NCBI GenBank assembly: GCA_963798085.1
Contig: CAWCRS010000004.1
Coordinates: forward strand, 66,238 to 130,237
Direction: 5' to 3'
Origin: an uncultured Gemmatimonadales bacterium
GTDB taxonomy: Bacteria; Gemmatimonadota; Gemmatimonadetes; Longimicrobiales; RSA9
DNA length: 64,000 nt
Below, in pieces: positions 1-9,497 of this stretch. The notes below the pieces were generated by a model. That model had not been told where the DNA came from. It did no database searches and was given only the letters and a program-made list of their open reading frames with translations. A program made the position numbers and the translations under genes. Every line of letters begins with the position of its first letter. The stretch's first letter is position 1.

Positions 1-1
1 T

Positions 2-151
2 CCGTTGAAGGAAGCGAGAATCGACGTGATGGAAATCCCGGGCAAGCCCGGCGCGTACCGCGCGGTCGCATTCCTGCGCCCGCACTTCCAGCTCGATGAG
101 CTGAATGTTTCCATGCGGCTCGTCGCTGAGTTGCCAGCCTCGGCAGCATGA
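2..151 (+). CDS. tssC: T6SS sheath large subunit TssC/VipB, C-terminal fragment (cut by window edge)
   Basis: Manual translation PLKEARIDVMEIPGKPGAYRAVAFLRPHFQLDELNVSMRLVAELP matches the conserved TssC C-terminus; lies directly before hcp. Confidence 0.9.
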   Translation, partial: PLKEARIDVMEIPGKPGAYRAVAFLRPHFQLDELNVSMRLVAELPASAA

Positions 152-178
152 GCCACATTGCAGGGCTGAATGCGGCAA

Positions 179-209
179 GGCCGGCGGAGTCCAGTGGATT
201 CCGCCGTCC
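179..209 (+). terminator. GC-rich stem-loop between tssC and hcp (terminator or mRNA-stabilising hairpin)
   Basis: GGCCGGCGGAGTCC-agt-GGATTCCGCCGTCC, with one G-U pair and one mismatch; only a weak U-tract follows. Confidence 0.4.
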
Positions 210-303
210 TTGTCCGGATCGAGTGATCTTTTCTCGCATTGTTTATGGACTCACGAAAGGGTCCGGCTGATCACCACGCAGTAACCACCCAAAGGAGGGT
301 TCC

Positions 304-795
304 GTGGCGTTCGATGCATTTATCAAACTCGATGGAGTCGACGGCGAATCGACGCGCAAGGATTTCGAGAAGCAGATCGAGATCCTGAGCTTCAGCTGGG
401 GCGCTTCCAATCCGGTCACGATCGGCTCCGCAGGTCCTGGCGGCGGCGCCGGCAAGGCCTCGCTGTCTTCGTTCAACTTCATGAAGATCTCCGATGCGGC
501 CAGCCCGGTGATGTTCCAGTCGTGCTGCGCCGGCAAGCATTTCCCGACTGCCAAGGTGTCGCTGCGCAAGGCGGGCGGCCAGGCGATGGACTATCTGGTC
601 TACGAGTTCGAGAACTGCTTCATCGACTCCGTGCAGTGGTCCGGCTCGAGCGGCGGCGATGACCGTCCGATCGAATCGGTGAGCGTCACATTCGGCAAGG
701 TCACGGTCACGTACACGCCGCAGGACGCCAAGGGCAATCCCGCGGGCAAGCCCGTGATCGGCAACTGGGATGTCACGACCGTTTCCGACAAGTAG
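304..795 (+). CDS. hcp: T6SS tube protein Hcp/TssD
   Basis: 163 aa, DAFIKLDGVDGES..IEILSFSWG..D.ASP..G.HF..ESVSVTFGKV pattern; strong AAGGAGG RBS before GTG. Confidence 0.96.
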   Translation: MAFDAFIKLDGVDGESTRKDFEKQIEILSFSWGASNPVTIGSAGPGGGAGKASLSSFNFMKISDAASPVMFQSCCAGKHFPTAKVSLRKAGGQAMDYLVYEFENCFIDSVQWSGSSGGDDRPIESVSVTFGKVTVTYTPQDAKGNPAGKPVIGNWDVTTVSDK

Positions 796-813
796 CACGA
801 CGAGGTCGACAAA

Positions 814-1530
814 TTGAAGGCTCGCGCCCTCTACGAAGCCGGTAAGCTCGACGAAGCCATTGAAGCATTGGGCGCCGAGCTGCGCAATGACCCGACCAAC
901 GTCCGCAGTCGTACGTTTCTGTTCGAGCTGCTCTGTTTTGCGGGGCAGTACGATCGTGCGCAGAAACAGCTCGACATCATTGCAGGTGCCAGCAAGGAAG
1001 CGGAAATGGGCGCCATGCTGTATCGCAGCGCCCTGCACGCGGAGCGGGTTCGCCAGGAGAAATTCCAGGCGGGCCCGCTCGCGACGCACGCGGCGCCGCC
1101 GCCCGTCGCCGGCAAGCTGAACGGCAAGCCCTTCACATTGCTCACCGATGCGGATCCGCGCATTGGTGCGCGCATCGAGGTATTCGCAGCGGGTCAGTAC
1201 ACGTGGCTGCCGCTGGAGCACATCACGCACGTGCACATGGAAGCGCCGACGCGTCTGCGTGATCTGCTGTGGTCCCCGGCGCGCGTGCAGACGGGACCGG
1301 GATTCCCGGGCCTCGAGCTGGGCGAGATTCTGCTGCCCGTGCTCGCGCCCGGCTCGGCGCAGAGCAGCGACCCGGAAATCCGACTGGGGCGTGTGACCGA
1401 CTGGCAGGAGCTGCCCGACGGCTCCGAGGTCCCCGTCGGTCAGAAGCTGCTGCTGGTTGATAACGAGCTGTTTCCCATCCTGGAATTGCGCGACCTGGAG
1501 ATCACTGCCCCGGCCGTCGTCGCAAACTGA
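814..1530 (+). CDS. tagJ: T6SS accessory protein ImpE/SciE (TagJ)
   Basis: N-terminal TPR-like R.FLFELLCFAGQYDRA..QL, then DADPRIG, LRDLLW.P, LGR.TDW and GQK motifs of ImpE. Confidence 0.9.
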   Translation: MKARALYEAGKLDEAIEALGAELRNDPTNVRSRTFLFELLCFAGQYDRAQKQLDIIAGASKEAEMGAMLYRSALHAERVRQEKFQAGPLATHAAPPPVAGKLNGKPFTLLTDADPRIGARIEVFAAGQYTWLPLEHITHVHMEAPTRLRDLLWSPARVQTGPGFPGLELGEILLPVLAPGSAQSSDPEIRLGRVTDWQELPDGSEVPVGQKLLLVDNELFPILELRDLEITAPAVVAN

Positions 1531-1538
1531 ATCCGCTG

Positions 1539-3320
1539 ATGGACCCGAGCGAGCTCCTCCAACCCATTGCAGGGCCGGACCCCGGCGGCGCCAGCATCCG
1601 CTACGCGCCTGTCTATGACCAGATCAAGCTGGCGCGCACGGAAGAAGACGACGTGCCGCAGGGCGACTGGGTACGCGAGCGCAAGACCGCCGACTATCCG
1701 CTCGTCATCAAGCTCTCGACCAATGTACTGAAGAACCAGTCGAAGGACCTGCAGGTCGCGGCGTGGCTGACCGAAGCACTGACGCGGCGCGAAGGCTTCG
1801 CTGGACTGCGTGCCGGCGTAACGCTGCTGCACGGCCTGGTCGAGAAGTTCTGGGACAACCTGTACCCCGAGCTGGAAGACGGCGACACGGAGCTGCGCGC
1901 CGCGCCGCTCGATTGGCTGGGCAGCTACCTCGAAACCACCGTGAAGTCGGTACCGCTGAATCGCGCGGGTCACGATTTCTTCGGCTACAAGCAGAGCCGG
2001 CTCGTGCCCTCGGACGAGGAAGCGAAGGCGGATCGCGACAAGCTGGCTGCCCGCCAGCAGGCGATGTCCGATGGCAAGCTCACGCCGGAAGCATTCGAGG
2101 AGAGTTTCAGCGAGACGCCCAAGCCATTCTACAAGGCGCTCATCGCGGAACTGGACAACTCGACCCGCGGCATCGAAACCCTGGGCAAGCTCGCCGACGA
2201 ACGCTTCGGCGATGCATCGCCCAGCTTCAAGAAGCTGCGTGATGCGCTGCAGGAAGTCAGACAGGCGGCGGGACAGCTGCTGGCGACGAAGCTGATCCAT
2301 GATCCGGACCCGCCCGAGCCGGAACCGTCCGTCATGGATGCCGGGGCTGATGCGGGCTCCAGTGCGGCCGGTGATGCGGGCGGGCTGCCGGTCATGCCGC
2401 GCAGTCCGGAGGATGCGGCAAGTCGCGTGGCGGCCGCGGCGAAGTTTCTGCGCTCGGTCGCAGCTACGAATCCCGCGCCCTATCTGATGCTGCGCGGGTT
2501 GCGCTGGGGCGAGATGCGGGCGCAGGGCGGCGTCGTCGAACCCATGATGCTCTCGGCTCCGCCCACGGATGTGCGGACGCGACTCAAGACGCTGCTGCTC
2601 AAGGCGCAGTGGCCGCAGCTGCTGGACAGTGCGGAAGACGTGATGGCGACAGTGTACGGGCGCGGCTGGCTCGACCTGCAGCGCTACGTGCTGACCGCGT
2701 GCCTCGAGCTGGGCAGCGAGTTCGAGAACGTGGCGAACGCGATTCGTGGCGCGCTGCGCTCGTACCTGCGTGACCTGCCGCAGCTGCTGGACATGACCAT
2801 GATCGATGATTCGCCCACCGCGAATGCGGAGACGCGCAACTGGCTGCGCGAGCAGGGCCTGGTGGGCGGCGCCGATGACGAGGTGGAGGTGGCAGCGCCG
2901 GTGGTCTCGGAGCGGCCGCGCTCACGGCGGGATCCGTTCGAGCAGGCGCAGGACCGCGTGCGCGCCGGGCATCCCGACCAGGCCATCGATCTGCTCATGC
3001 GCGAGGCTTCGATCGAGAAGAGTGAGCGCGCGCGTTTCCTGCGCCGCTCGCAGGCCGCGAGCATCATGGTGGATGCCGGGCTCGAGGCGGTGGCCATGCC
3101 CCTGCTCCAGCAGATCTCCGAGCAGATCGACAAACACACCCTCGAAGAGTGGGAGTCCGGTGAGACGGTGGCGCAGGCGCTGGGCCTGCTGTACCGCTGC
3201 ATGCTCAAGCTGGATGAGGATCAGCACACACGCGACTCGCTCTACCTGAGAGTCTGTCGCCTGGACCCGATGCAGGCGATCCGCTTCAAGCCCGCGAACA
3301 ATGAGCAGCCGGGAACCTGA
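1539..3320 (+). CDS. tssA: T6SS TssA (ImpA N-terminal domain plus VasJ-like C-terminal region)
   Basis: LLQPI..PGGASIRY...SKDLQVAAWL...FWDNLYP ImpA_N signature; WLDLQ motif. Confidence 0.92.
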   Translation: MDPSELLQPIAGPDPGGASIRYAPVYDQIKLARTEEDDVPQGDWVRERKTADYPLVIKLSTNVLKNQSKDLQVAAWLTEALTRREGFAGLRAGVTLLHGLVEKFWDNLYPELEDGDTELRAAPLDWLGSYLETTVKSVPLNRAGHDFFGYKQSRLVPSDEEAKADRDKLAARQQAMSDGKLTPEAFEESFSETPKPFYKALIAELDNSTRGIETLGKLADERFGDASPSFKKLRDALQEVRQAAGQLLATKLIHDPDPPEPEPSVMDAGADAGSSAAGDAGGLPVMPRSPEDAASRVAAAAKFLRSVAATNPAPYLMLRGLRWGEMRAQGGVVEPMMLSAPPTDVRTRLKTLLLKAQWPQLLDSAEDVMATVYGRGWLDLQRYVLTACLELGSEFENVANAIRGALRSYLRDLPQLLDMTMIDDSPTANAETRNWLREQGLVGGADDEVEVAAPVVSERPRSRRDPFEQAQDRVRAGHPDQAIDLLMREASIEKSERARFLRRSQAASIMVDAGLEAVAMPLLQQISEQIDKHTLEEWESGETVAQALGLLYRCMLKLDEDQHTRDSLYLRVCRLDPMQAIRFKPANNEQPGT

Positions 3321-3783
3321 ACGCACCGCGCAGCTCTCGGTGCTGGACCGGCTGCTGGCCCGGTCCGACGCGCCGCTGAGCCTTAGCGAGTCGGTGGCGG
3401 ACCTGAAGGAGGCAGTGCGCCGCGATCTCGACTGGCTGCTGAACACGCGTCGCATCGCTATTCCCGCCCCTGATGAGTACCCGGAAGTACAGCACTCGCT
3501 CTACCATTTCGGGCTGCCAGATATCTCCTCGGTCTCCAGCGATTCCGAAACGGCGAGGCGCCGGCTGGTGCGTCAGGTGGAGGAGTGCCTGCAGATCTTC
3601 GAGCCGCGACTCACTAACATCCGCGTTACGGCAACGGATCCCAAGGACAAGAAGAACAAGCGGCAGGTGCGCTTCATGATCGAAGCCATGCTGCGCATGG
3701 AGCCGAACCCCGAGCGCGTGGTGTTCGACACCGTGCTGGAGACGTCGAGCGGCAAGATCCAGGTGGAGAGCGATCATGCGTGA
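3301..3783 (+). CDS. tssE: T6SS baseplate TssE (gp25-like)
   Basis: SVLDRL, RDLDWLLNTR, FGLPD and FEPRL motifs. Confidence 0.95.
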   Translation: MSSREPERTAQLSVLDRLLARSDAPLSLSESVADLKEAVRRDLDWLLNTRRIAIPAPDEYPEVQHSLYHFGLPDISSVSSDSETARRRLVRQVEECLQIFEPRLTNIRVTATDPKDKKNKRQVRFMIEAMLRMEPNPERVVFDTVLETSSGKIQVESDHA

Positions 3784-5617
3784 TGATCTGCTCTACTACT
3801 ATGAGCGCGAGCTGTCGTATCTGCGGCGCACGGGCGCCGAGTTCGCGAAGCGCTATCCGCGGGTGGCGTCCCGCCTGCTGCTGGAGCCCAGCAAGTGCGA
3901 CGATCCGCACGTGGAGCGCCTGCTCGAAGGCTTCGCCTTCCTGGCCGCGCGCGTGCACCTCAAGATCGATGATGATTTTCCGGATTTCGGCGAAGCGCTG
4001 CTGAATGTCATTTATCCGCACTATACGCGGCCCACGCCTTCGCTCTCGATTGTCGAGTTCCAGCTGGACCCGGAGCAGGGCAAGCTGACGACCGGACTGC
4101 GCATCCCGCGGGAATCGACGCTGTTCGCGCGACCGGTGGCAGGCACGCGCTGCCAGTTCCAGACGTGCTACGACACCACGCTCTGGCCGCTGGAAGTCGC
4201 GGGATCACGCTGGCTCGCGCCACACGAGCTGCAGCCGCCCGTGCGCGCGACCAATGCGGTTGCGGCCATGCGCCTGGAACTGCGCTGCCTTCCCGAGATC
4301 ACGTTCGGCAAGCTGAATCTGGACACACTGCGCATGCACATCAGCGCGGATGCCAGCCTGGCGTCCACGCTGTACGAGCTGCTGCTGAACAACTGCACGC
4401 GCATCCTGCTGCGGGATGCATCGGGCGGGCCGGCCAAGGAGCCCATCGAGCTGGCACCCTCCGCGCTGCAGCCCGTGGGCTTCGGCATGGATGAAGGCAT
4501 GCTGCCGGCGCCTCGCCGTTCGTTCCTCGGCTACCGGCTGCTGCAGGAGTATTTCACGTTCCCCGACAAGTTCTTCTTCCTCGATCTTTCGGGATTCGAT
4601 CGTGCGCGTGCCGCCAATTTCGGCAGCAGGCTCGAGGTGGTGTTCCTGATTTCCGCGTTCGAGCGCGCAGATCGCCGGGCGGTGCTCGAGGCGGGCGTGT
4701 CGAAGGAGACACTGCGGCTGGGCTGCACGCCCATCGTCAATCTGTTCGCCAAGACATCCGAGCCGATTCTGCTGACGCAGAAGCAGCACGAGTATCTGGT
4801 GGTGCCGGACGCGCGGCGACGCGCCACCACGGGCATCTTCGCGGTGGAAGAAGTGGTGGCGGTTACGCCGGGCGCCACGGACACGCTGCGGTTCGAGCCC
4901 TTCTACTCCTTCCGCCACGGCACGGACGCCACCGGGCGTCGCCTGTTCTGGAACGCGAAGCGGCGGCCCATCAACTGGCGGCCGGACGAGGGCACGGATG
5001 TCTGGCTCTCCTTCGTCGACCGCTCCGGCCGCGTCGCGCATCCGGACATGGATGCGATAACCGTGCGTTTGCTGTGCCACAACGGGAGTCTGCCGGCCAG
5101 GCTGCCGTTCGGTGATCCGGGCGGCGATTTCGAGTTTCCGGGCGGCGGCCCCATTGCCCGCGTCGCAACCATGGTGAAGCCCACCACACCCATCGACCCG
5201 CCCCTGGGCAACGCGCAGCTGTGGCGCCTGATCTCGCAGCTGTCGCTGAACTACGTGTCGCTCACCGATGGCGGCGTGGAAGCGCTGCGCGAGCTGCTGC
5301 GGCTGCACAACTTCTCGGACTCGCCATCGGGCGACAAGCAGGTGCAGGGCATCACGGACGTGCGGGGCGAGCCGGCGTATGCGCGCATCGAGAGCGAGCG
5401 CGGCCTCACATTCGCGCGCGGCCAGCGCGTCGAGATCGAGTTCGACGAGGAGTACTTCTCGGGCGGCGGCGTCTTCCTGATGGCGAGTGTGCTGGAGCGG
5501 TTCCTGGGTCTGTACGTCTCCGTGAACAGCTTTGTTACCATGGCCGCGCGTTCGCGCCAGCGCCGTGAACCGATCCGGCAGTGGGCGCCGAGGGCGGGAT
5601 GGAAGTCCCTCCTCTGA
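3776..5617 (+). CDS. tssF: T6SS baseplate TssF
   Basis: LLYYYERELSYLR..EF...YP, DPHVERLLEGFAFL, YRLLQEYF.FP, WRLISQLSLNY. Confidence 0.96.
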   Translation: MRDDLLYYYERELSYLRRTGAEFAKRYPRVASRLLLEPSKCDDPHVERLLEGFAFLAARVHLKIDDDFPDFGEALLNVIYPHYTRPTPSLSIVEFQLDPEQGKLTTGLRIPRESTLFARPVAGTRCQFQTCYDTTLWPLEVAGSRWLAPHELQPPVRATNAVAAMRLELRCLPEITFGKLNLDTLRMHISADASLASTLYELLLNNCTRILLRDASGGPAKEPIELAPSALQPVGFGMDEGMLPAPRRSFLGYRLLQEYFTFPDKFFFLDLSGFDRARAANFGSRLEVVFLISAFERADRRAVLEAGVSKETLRLGCTPIVNLFAKTSEPILLTQKQHEYLVVPDARRRATTGIFAVEEVVAVTPGATDTLRFEPFYSFRHGTDATGRRLFWNAKRRPINWRPDEGTDVWLSFVDRSGRVAHPDMDAITVRLLCHNGSLPARLPFGDPGGDFEFPGGGPIARVATMVKPTTPIDPPLGNAQLWRLISQLSLNYVSLTDGGVEALRELLRLHNFSDSPSGDKQVQGITDVRGEPAYARIESERGLTFARGQRVEIEFDEEYFSGGGVFLMASVLERFLGLYVSVNSFVTMAARSRQRREPIRQWAPRAGWKSLL

Positions 5618-6618
5618 ACCTCGCGGCGCTGGAAGCGTCGCTGCGCGATGATCCCACCACCTGGAGCTTTTTCCAGGCGGTGCGCATGCTGGAGCGACTG
5701 CGTCCGGATCGCGAGCCCATCGGGGGTTACGCGGATCCCGCGCAGGAGGTCGTGGCGTTCTCCGTGAATCCGATGATCTCGTTCCCGCCATCGGAGCTGT
5801 ATTCACTGGAGATGAACGATGAGGGCCGCGCCCGCATGGAGATCAACTTCATGGGGCTGACCGGGCCGCAGGGTGTGCTGCCGCACGCGTACTCGCTGCT
5901 GGTGAGCGAACGGCGGCGCGCGAAGGACCATGCGGTGGGAGACTTCCTCGATCTCTTCCACCATCGCGCGCTCTCCCTGTTCTATCTGGCCTGGGAGAAA
6001 CACCGCTTTACGGTGCTCAACGAGAAGCGCGGCACGGACCCGCTGCGCGAGCATCTTCTGGACCTGGTGGGCGCGGGCCTGGCTGGCTGGCACGAGCTGC
6101 TGCCCATGCCGGACGACACGCTCGCCTTCTATGCCGGACTGCTGGTGCTGCCGCAGCGCGGCGCGGTGGCGCTGGAACAGCTGCTGGGCGACTATTTCGG
6201 CGTGCCCGTCCAGGTGGAGCAGTTCGTGGGCGGCTGGTACCGCCTGCCGGTCAACGACCAGTGCGCGCTGGGTGAAGATTTCCCCGATGCTTCGAGTCAG
6301 CTGGGCCTGGGCGCCGTGGCGGGCGATGAGATCTGGGATCAGCAGGCGAGGGCGAGGGTGCGCATGGGTCCGCTGTCGCGCGCGCAGTTCGATCGCTTTC
6401 TGCCGACCGGCGATGCCTTTCAGGAGCTGCGCTCGCTGACCCGCTTCTTCGGTCACGAGCAGTACGACTTCGAGGTGCAGCTGGTGCTCGAGCAGGATGC
6501 CGTGCCCGGGTGTGTTCTGGGCGATGATGCCGTTGCCGCCCAGCCGCTCGGGTGGTCTACCTGGATCCGGTCGGCCGCCTTCGACAGGAACGCGGACGAG
6601 ACCGTCCTCACGCTTTGA
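5581..6618 (+). CDS. tssG: T6SS baseplate TssG
   Basis: FFQAVRMLE, FMGLTGPQGVLP, DFLDLFHHR..LFY.AW motifs; start uncertain (GTG 5581 or ATG 5599). Confidence 0.95.
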   Translation: MGAEGGMEVPPLNLAALEASLRDDPTTWSFFQAVRMLERLRPDREPIGGYADPAQEVVAFSVNPMISFPPSELYSLEMNDEGRARMEINFMGLTGPQGVLPHAYSLLVSERRRAKDHAVGDFLDLFHHRALSLFYLAWEKHRFTVLNEKRGTDPLREHLLDLVGAGLAGWHELLPMPDDTLAFYAGLLVLPQRGAVALEQLLGDYFGVPVQVEQFVGGWYRLPVNDQCALGEDFPDASSQLGLGAVAGDEIWDQQARARVRMGPLSRAQFDRFLPTGDAFQELRSLTRFFGHEQYDFEVQLVLEQDAVPGCVLGDDAVAAQPLGWSTWIRSAAFDRNADETVLTL

Positions 6619-6631
6619 GAGGAGCAGGACC

Positions 6632-9364
6632 ATGAACGTCAATCTCCGGTCGCTCATCGGCAAGCTGAACAACCAGACGCGAAGCGCTGTGGAAGCGGCG
6701 GCAGGCCTCTGCCTTTCGCGCACGCACTACGCGGTCGAGGTGGAGCACTTCCTGATCAAGCTGCTGGATGCGGCTGACACCGACTTCAACGCCATCATCA
6801 AGCACTACGGCATGAACCGCTCGCGTCTCGCGGGGGATCTGACCGTGGGCCTGGACACCCTGAAATCGGGCAATGCGCGCGGCGTGCCCAGCCTGGGTCC
6901 GGAGCTGGTGAGCATGCTGAGCGAGGCATGGATGATCGGCTCCGTCGACTACGGCGCGGGCCAGATCCGCAGCGGCCACTGCATCCTTGCACTGGTCACC
7001 AACGACGAGCTGGCGCGCATGATCCGCGGCGTGAGCAAGGAGTTCGAGCGCATTTCGCCGGAGGACCTGCGCAAGGAGTTCGCCACCATAACAGCGGAGT
7101 CAGCAGAAGAGCACGGCGCGGTGATGGCGGGCGCGGCGCCGGGCGGCGGCGGCGAAGCAAAGCCCGGCGGCCGCACACCGAATCTCGATCAGTTCACCGT
7201 GAACCTGAGCGAGCGCGCGAAACAGGGGAAGATCGACCCCGTGCTGGGCCGCGACTTCGAAGTGCGCCAGGTGGTCGACATCCTCACGCGCCGCCGTCAG
7301 AACAATCCGATTCTCGTGGGCGAAGCGGGCGTGGGCAAAACCGCAGTGGTGGAAGGTTTCGCCATGCGCATCCATCTGGGCGATGTGCCACCCGTGCTGC
7401 GCGGCGTCACACTGCGCACGCTGGACCTGGCGCTGCTGCAGGCGGGCGCGGGCGTGAAAGGCGAGTTCGAGAACCGGCTGAAAGGGCTCATCGAAGAGGT
7501 CAAGAACTCACCCATACCGATCATCCTCTTCATTGATGAAGCGCACACCATGATCGGCGCGGGCGGTACGGCCGGTCAGGGCGATGCGGCCAACCTGCTC
7601 AAGCCGGCGCTGGCGAGAGGCGAGCTGCGCACCATCGCGGCCACGACGTGGTCCGAATACAAGAAGTATTTCGAGAAGGACCCGGCCCTGGCGCGTCGCT
7701 TCCAGCTGGTGAAGGTGGAGGAGCCGAGCGAAGAGAAGTGCCTCACCATGATGCGCGGCGTGGTGCCCTTCCTGGAGAAGCACCACAAGGTGCGCATCCT
7801 GGATGACGGCATGTTCGCCGCCGTGCGGCTGTCCCATCGGTATCTGCCGGACCGTCAGCTGCCGGACAAGGCCGTGAGCGTGCTGGACACGGCGTGCGCG
7901 CGGCTATCCCTCAGTCAGAACGCTACGCCGTCTGCCATCGAGGATGCGACGCGCACGCTCGACGATCTCGCCGTTCAGACCCGGGTCCTGGAGCGGGAAA
8001 CTGCGGTGGGTGCGGATCACGCGGAGCGGCTGGCCGAGATTGCGGTGCAGCGTGTCGAGACGGAGGCTCGCCTCGCCTCGCTCAAGGCGAGATGGGATCT
8101 GGAGCGCGACCTGGTCTCGCGCGTGCGCGAGTTGCGCGAAAAGCTGGAGGCCAGCGTCGCCATCGACGCCAAACCGGGCGAAGCGGCGAAGCCGGGCGAA
8201 GCGGCGGCCGCGGCGCAGGCCGCGCCGGCAGAGGATACCGGCGCGCTGCGCAAGCAGCTGGAGAAGCTGGATGATGAGCTGAGAACGCTGCAGGGCGAGC
8301 AGCCATTGATTCCCGTGTGTGTCGACTATGACCTGGTCAGCCAGGTGATCTCCGGCTGGACCGGCATTCCCGTGGGCAAGATGCTGCGCGACGATCTCAC
8401 GGCGGCGCTCGAGCTGGAGAAGACGCTGGAGCGGCGCATCATCGGGCAGAACCACGCGCTGGAGATCATCAGCCACCGCATCCGCACGTCCAAGGCGGGC
8501 ATCGAGGATCCCCAGAAGCCGGTGGGCGTGTTCCTGCTGGTGGGTCCCAGCGGCGTGGGCAAGACGGAAACCGCGCTGGCGCTCTCCGACCTGCTCTACG
8601 GCGGCGAACACAACGTTATCACGATCAACATGTCGGAGTTCCAGGAAGCGCACACCGTGTCCACGCTGAAGGGTTCGCCGCCCGGATACGTCGGCTACGG
8701 CGAGGGCGGCGTACTGACGGAGGCGGTGCGGCGCCGTCCCTACTCGGTGGTGCTGCTGGACGAGATCGAGAAGGCGCACCCGGATGTGCTGGAGCTGTTC
8801 TTCCAGGTGTTCGACAAGGGGCGCATGGAGGATGGCGAGGGCCGCGAGATCGACTTCAAGAACTGCATCATCATCCTGACGACGAACGCCGGCACCGACA
8901 CGATCATGAAGCTCACGGCCGATCCCGAAACCATGCCCGACCACCAGGGTCTGGTCAAGGCGCTCAAGCCGGAACTGGACAAGACCTTCAAGCCCGCGTT
9001 CCTGGGCCGCACCGTCATCATTCCCTACTTCCCGGTGCGCGATGCGGCGCTCAAGCGCATCATCCACCTGAAGCTGGGCAAGGTCGAGCGTCGCCTGCAG
9101 CAGACCCACAAGGTCAGGCTGGATGTGGACGAGGCCTGCGTCGAGGCCATTGCGCAGCGGTGCACGGAGGTGGAGAGCGGCGCGCGCAACGTGGACAACA
9201 TTCTCACGAACACGTTGTTACCGGCGGTCTCGCGGATGCTGCTCGAGTCGCTGGTGGCGGGCGTGCGGCCTGCTGCCATCCGGGTGACGGTAGGCGAGGA
9301 TGGCGAATTCGCGTACAGCACCGCGTCGGTGGCGCAGCCCGCTCCGCAACCCGTGCCGGCCTGA
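6632..9364 (+). CDS. clpV: T6SS AAA+ ATPase ClpV/TssH
   Basis: Two Walker A motifs (GEAGVGKT, GPSGVGKT), RRRQNNPIL, GSPPGYVGYGEGG; start moved to ATG 6632 after AGGAG. Confidence 0.97.
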   Translation: MNVNLRSLIGKLNNQTRSAVEAAAGLCLSRTHYAVEVEHFLIKLLDAADTDFNAIIKHYGMNRSRLAGDLTVGLDTLKSGNARGVPSLGPELVSMLSEAWMIGSVDYGAGQIRSGHCILALVTNDELARMIRGVSKEFERISPEDLRKEFATITAESAEEHGAVMAGAAPGGGGEAKPGGRTPNLDQFTVNLSERAKQGKIDPVLGRDFEVRQVVDILTRRRQNNPILVGEAGVGKTAVVEGFAMRIHLGDVPPVLRGVTLRTLDLALLQAGAGVKGEFENRLKGLIEEVKNSPIPIILFIDEAHTMIGAGGTAGQGDAANLLKPALARGELRTIAATTWSEYKKYFEKDPALARRFQLVKVEEPSEEKCLTMMRGVVPFLEKHHKVRILDDGMFAAVRLSHRYLPDRQLPDKAVSVLDTACARLSLSQNATPSAIEDATRTLDDLAVQTRVLERETAVGADHAERLAEIAVQRVETEARLASLKARWDLERDLVSRVRELREKLEASVAIDAKPGEAAKPGEAAAAAQAAPAEDTGALRKQLEKLDDELRTLQGEQPLIPVCVDYDLVSQVISGWTGIPVGKMLRDDLTAALELEKTLERRIIGQNHALEIISHRIRTSKAGIEDPQKPVGVFLLVGPSGVGKTETALALSDLLYGGEHNVITINMSEFQEAHTVSTLKGSPPGYVGYGEGGVLTEAVRRRPYSVVLLDEIEKAHPDVLELFFQVFDKGRMEDGEGREIDFKNCIIILTTNAGTDTIMKLTADPETMPDHQGLVKALKPELDKTFKPAFLGRTVIIPYFPVRDAALKRIIHLKLGKVERRLQQTHKVRLDVDEACVEAIAQRCTEVESGARNVDNILTNTLLPAVSRMLLESLVAGVRPAAIRVTVGEDGEFAYSTASVAQPAPQPVPA

Positions 9365-9407
9365 CCGCAGGGCCGCACCGCAGTCCGCTACAACAGATAG
9401 TTAGAGC

Positions 9408-9448
9408 CGCCGGCTGCCAGCCCCGGCCACGGGGTGGGGCAGCCGGCG
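9408..9448 (+). terminator. Stem-loop between clpV and vgrG1
   Basis: Perfect 11-bp inverted repeat CGCCGGCTGCC / GGCAGCCGGCG; no U-tract. Confidence 0.35.
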
Positions 9449-9497
9449 CGCGACTGGTGCCTTTCGTCGCGATCTCCGGGAACAGCTGGGAGGACTC

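Noticed and set aside
8171..8206. 18-nt tandem repeat in clpV (KPGEAA twice)
   Set aside because: Ordinary low-complexity linker.
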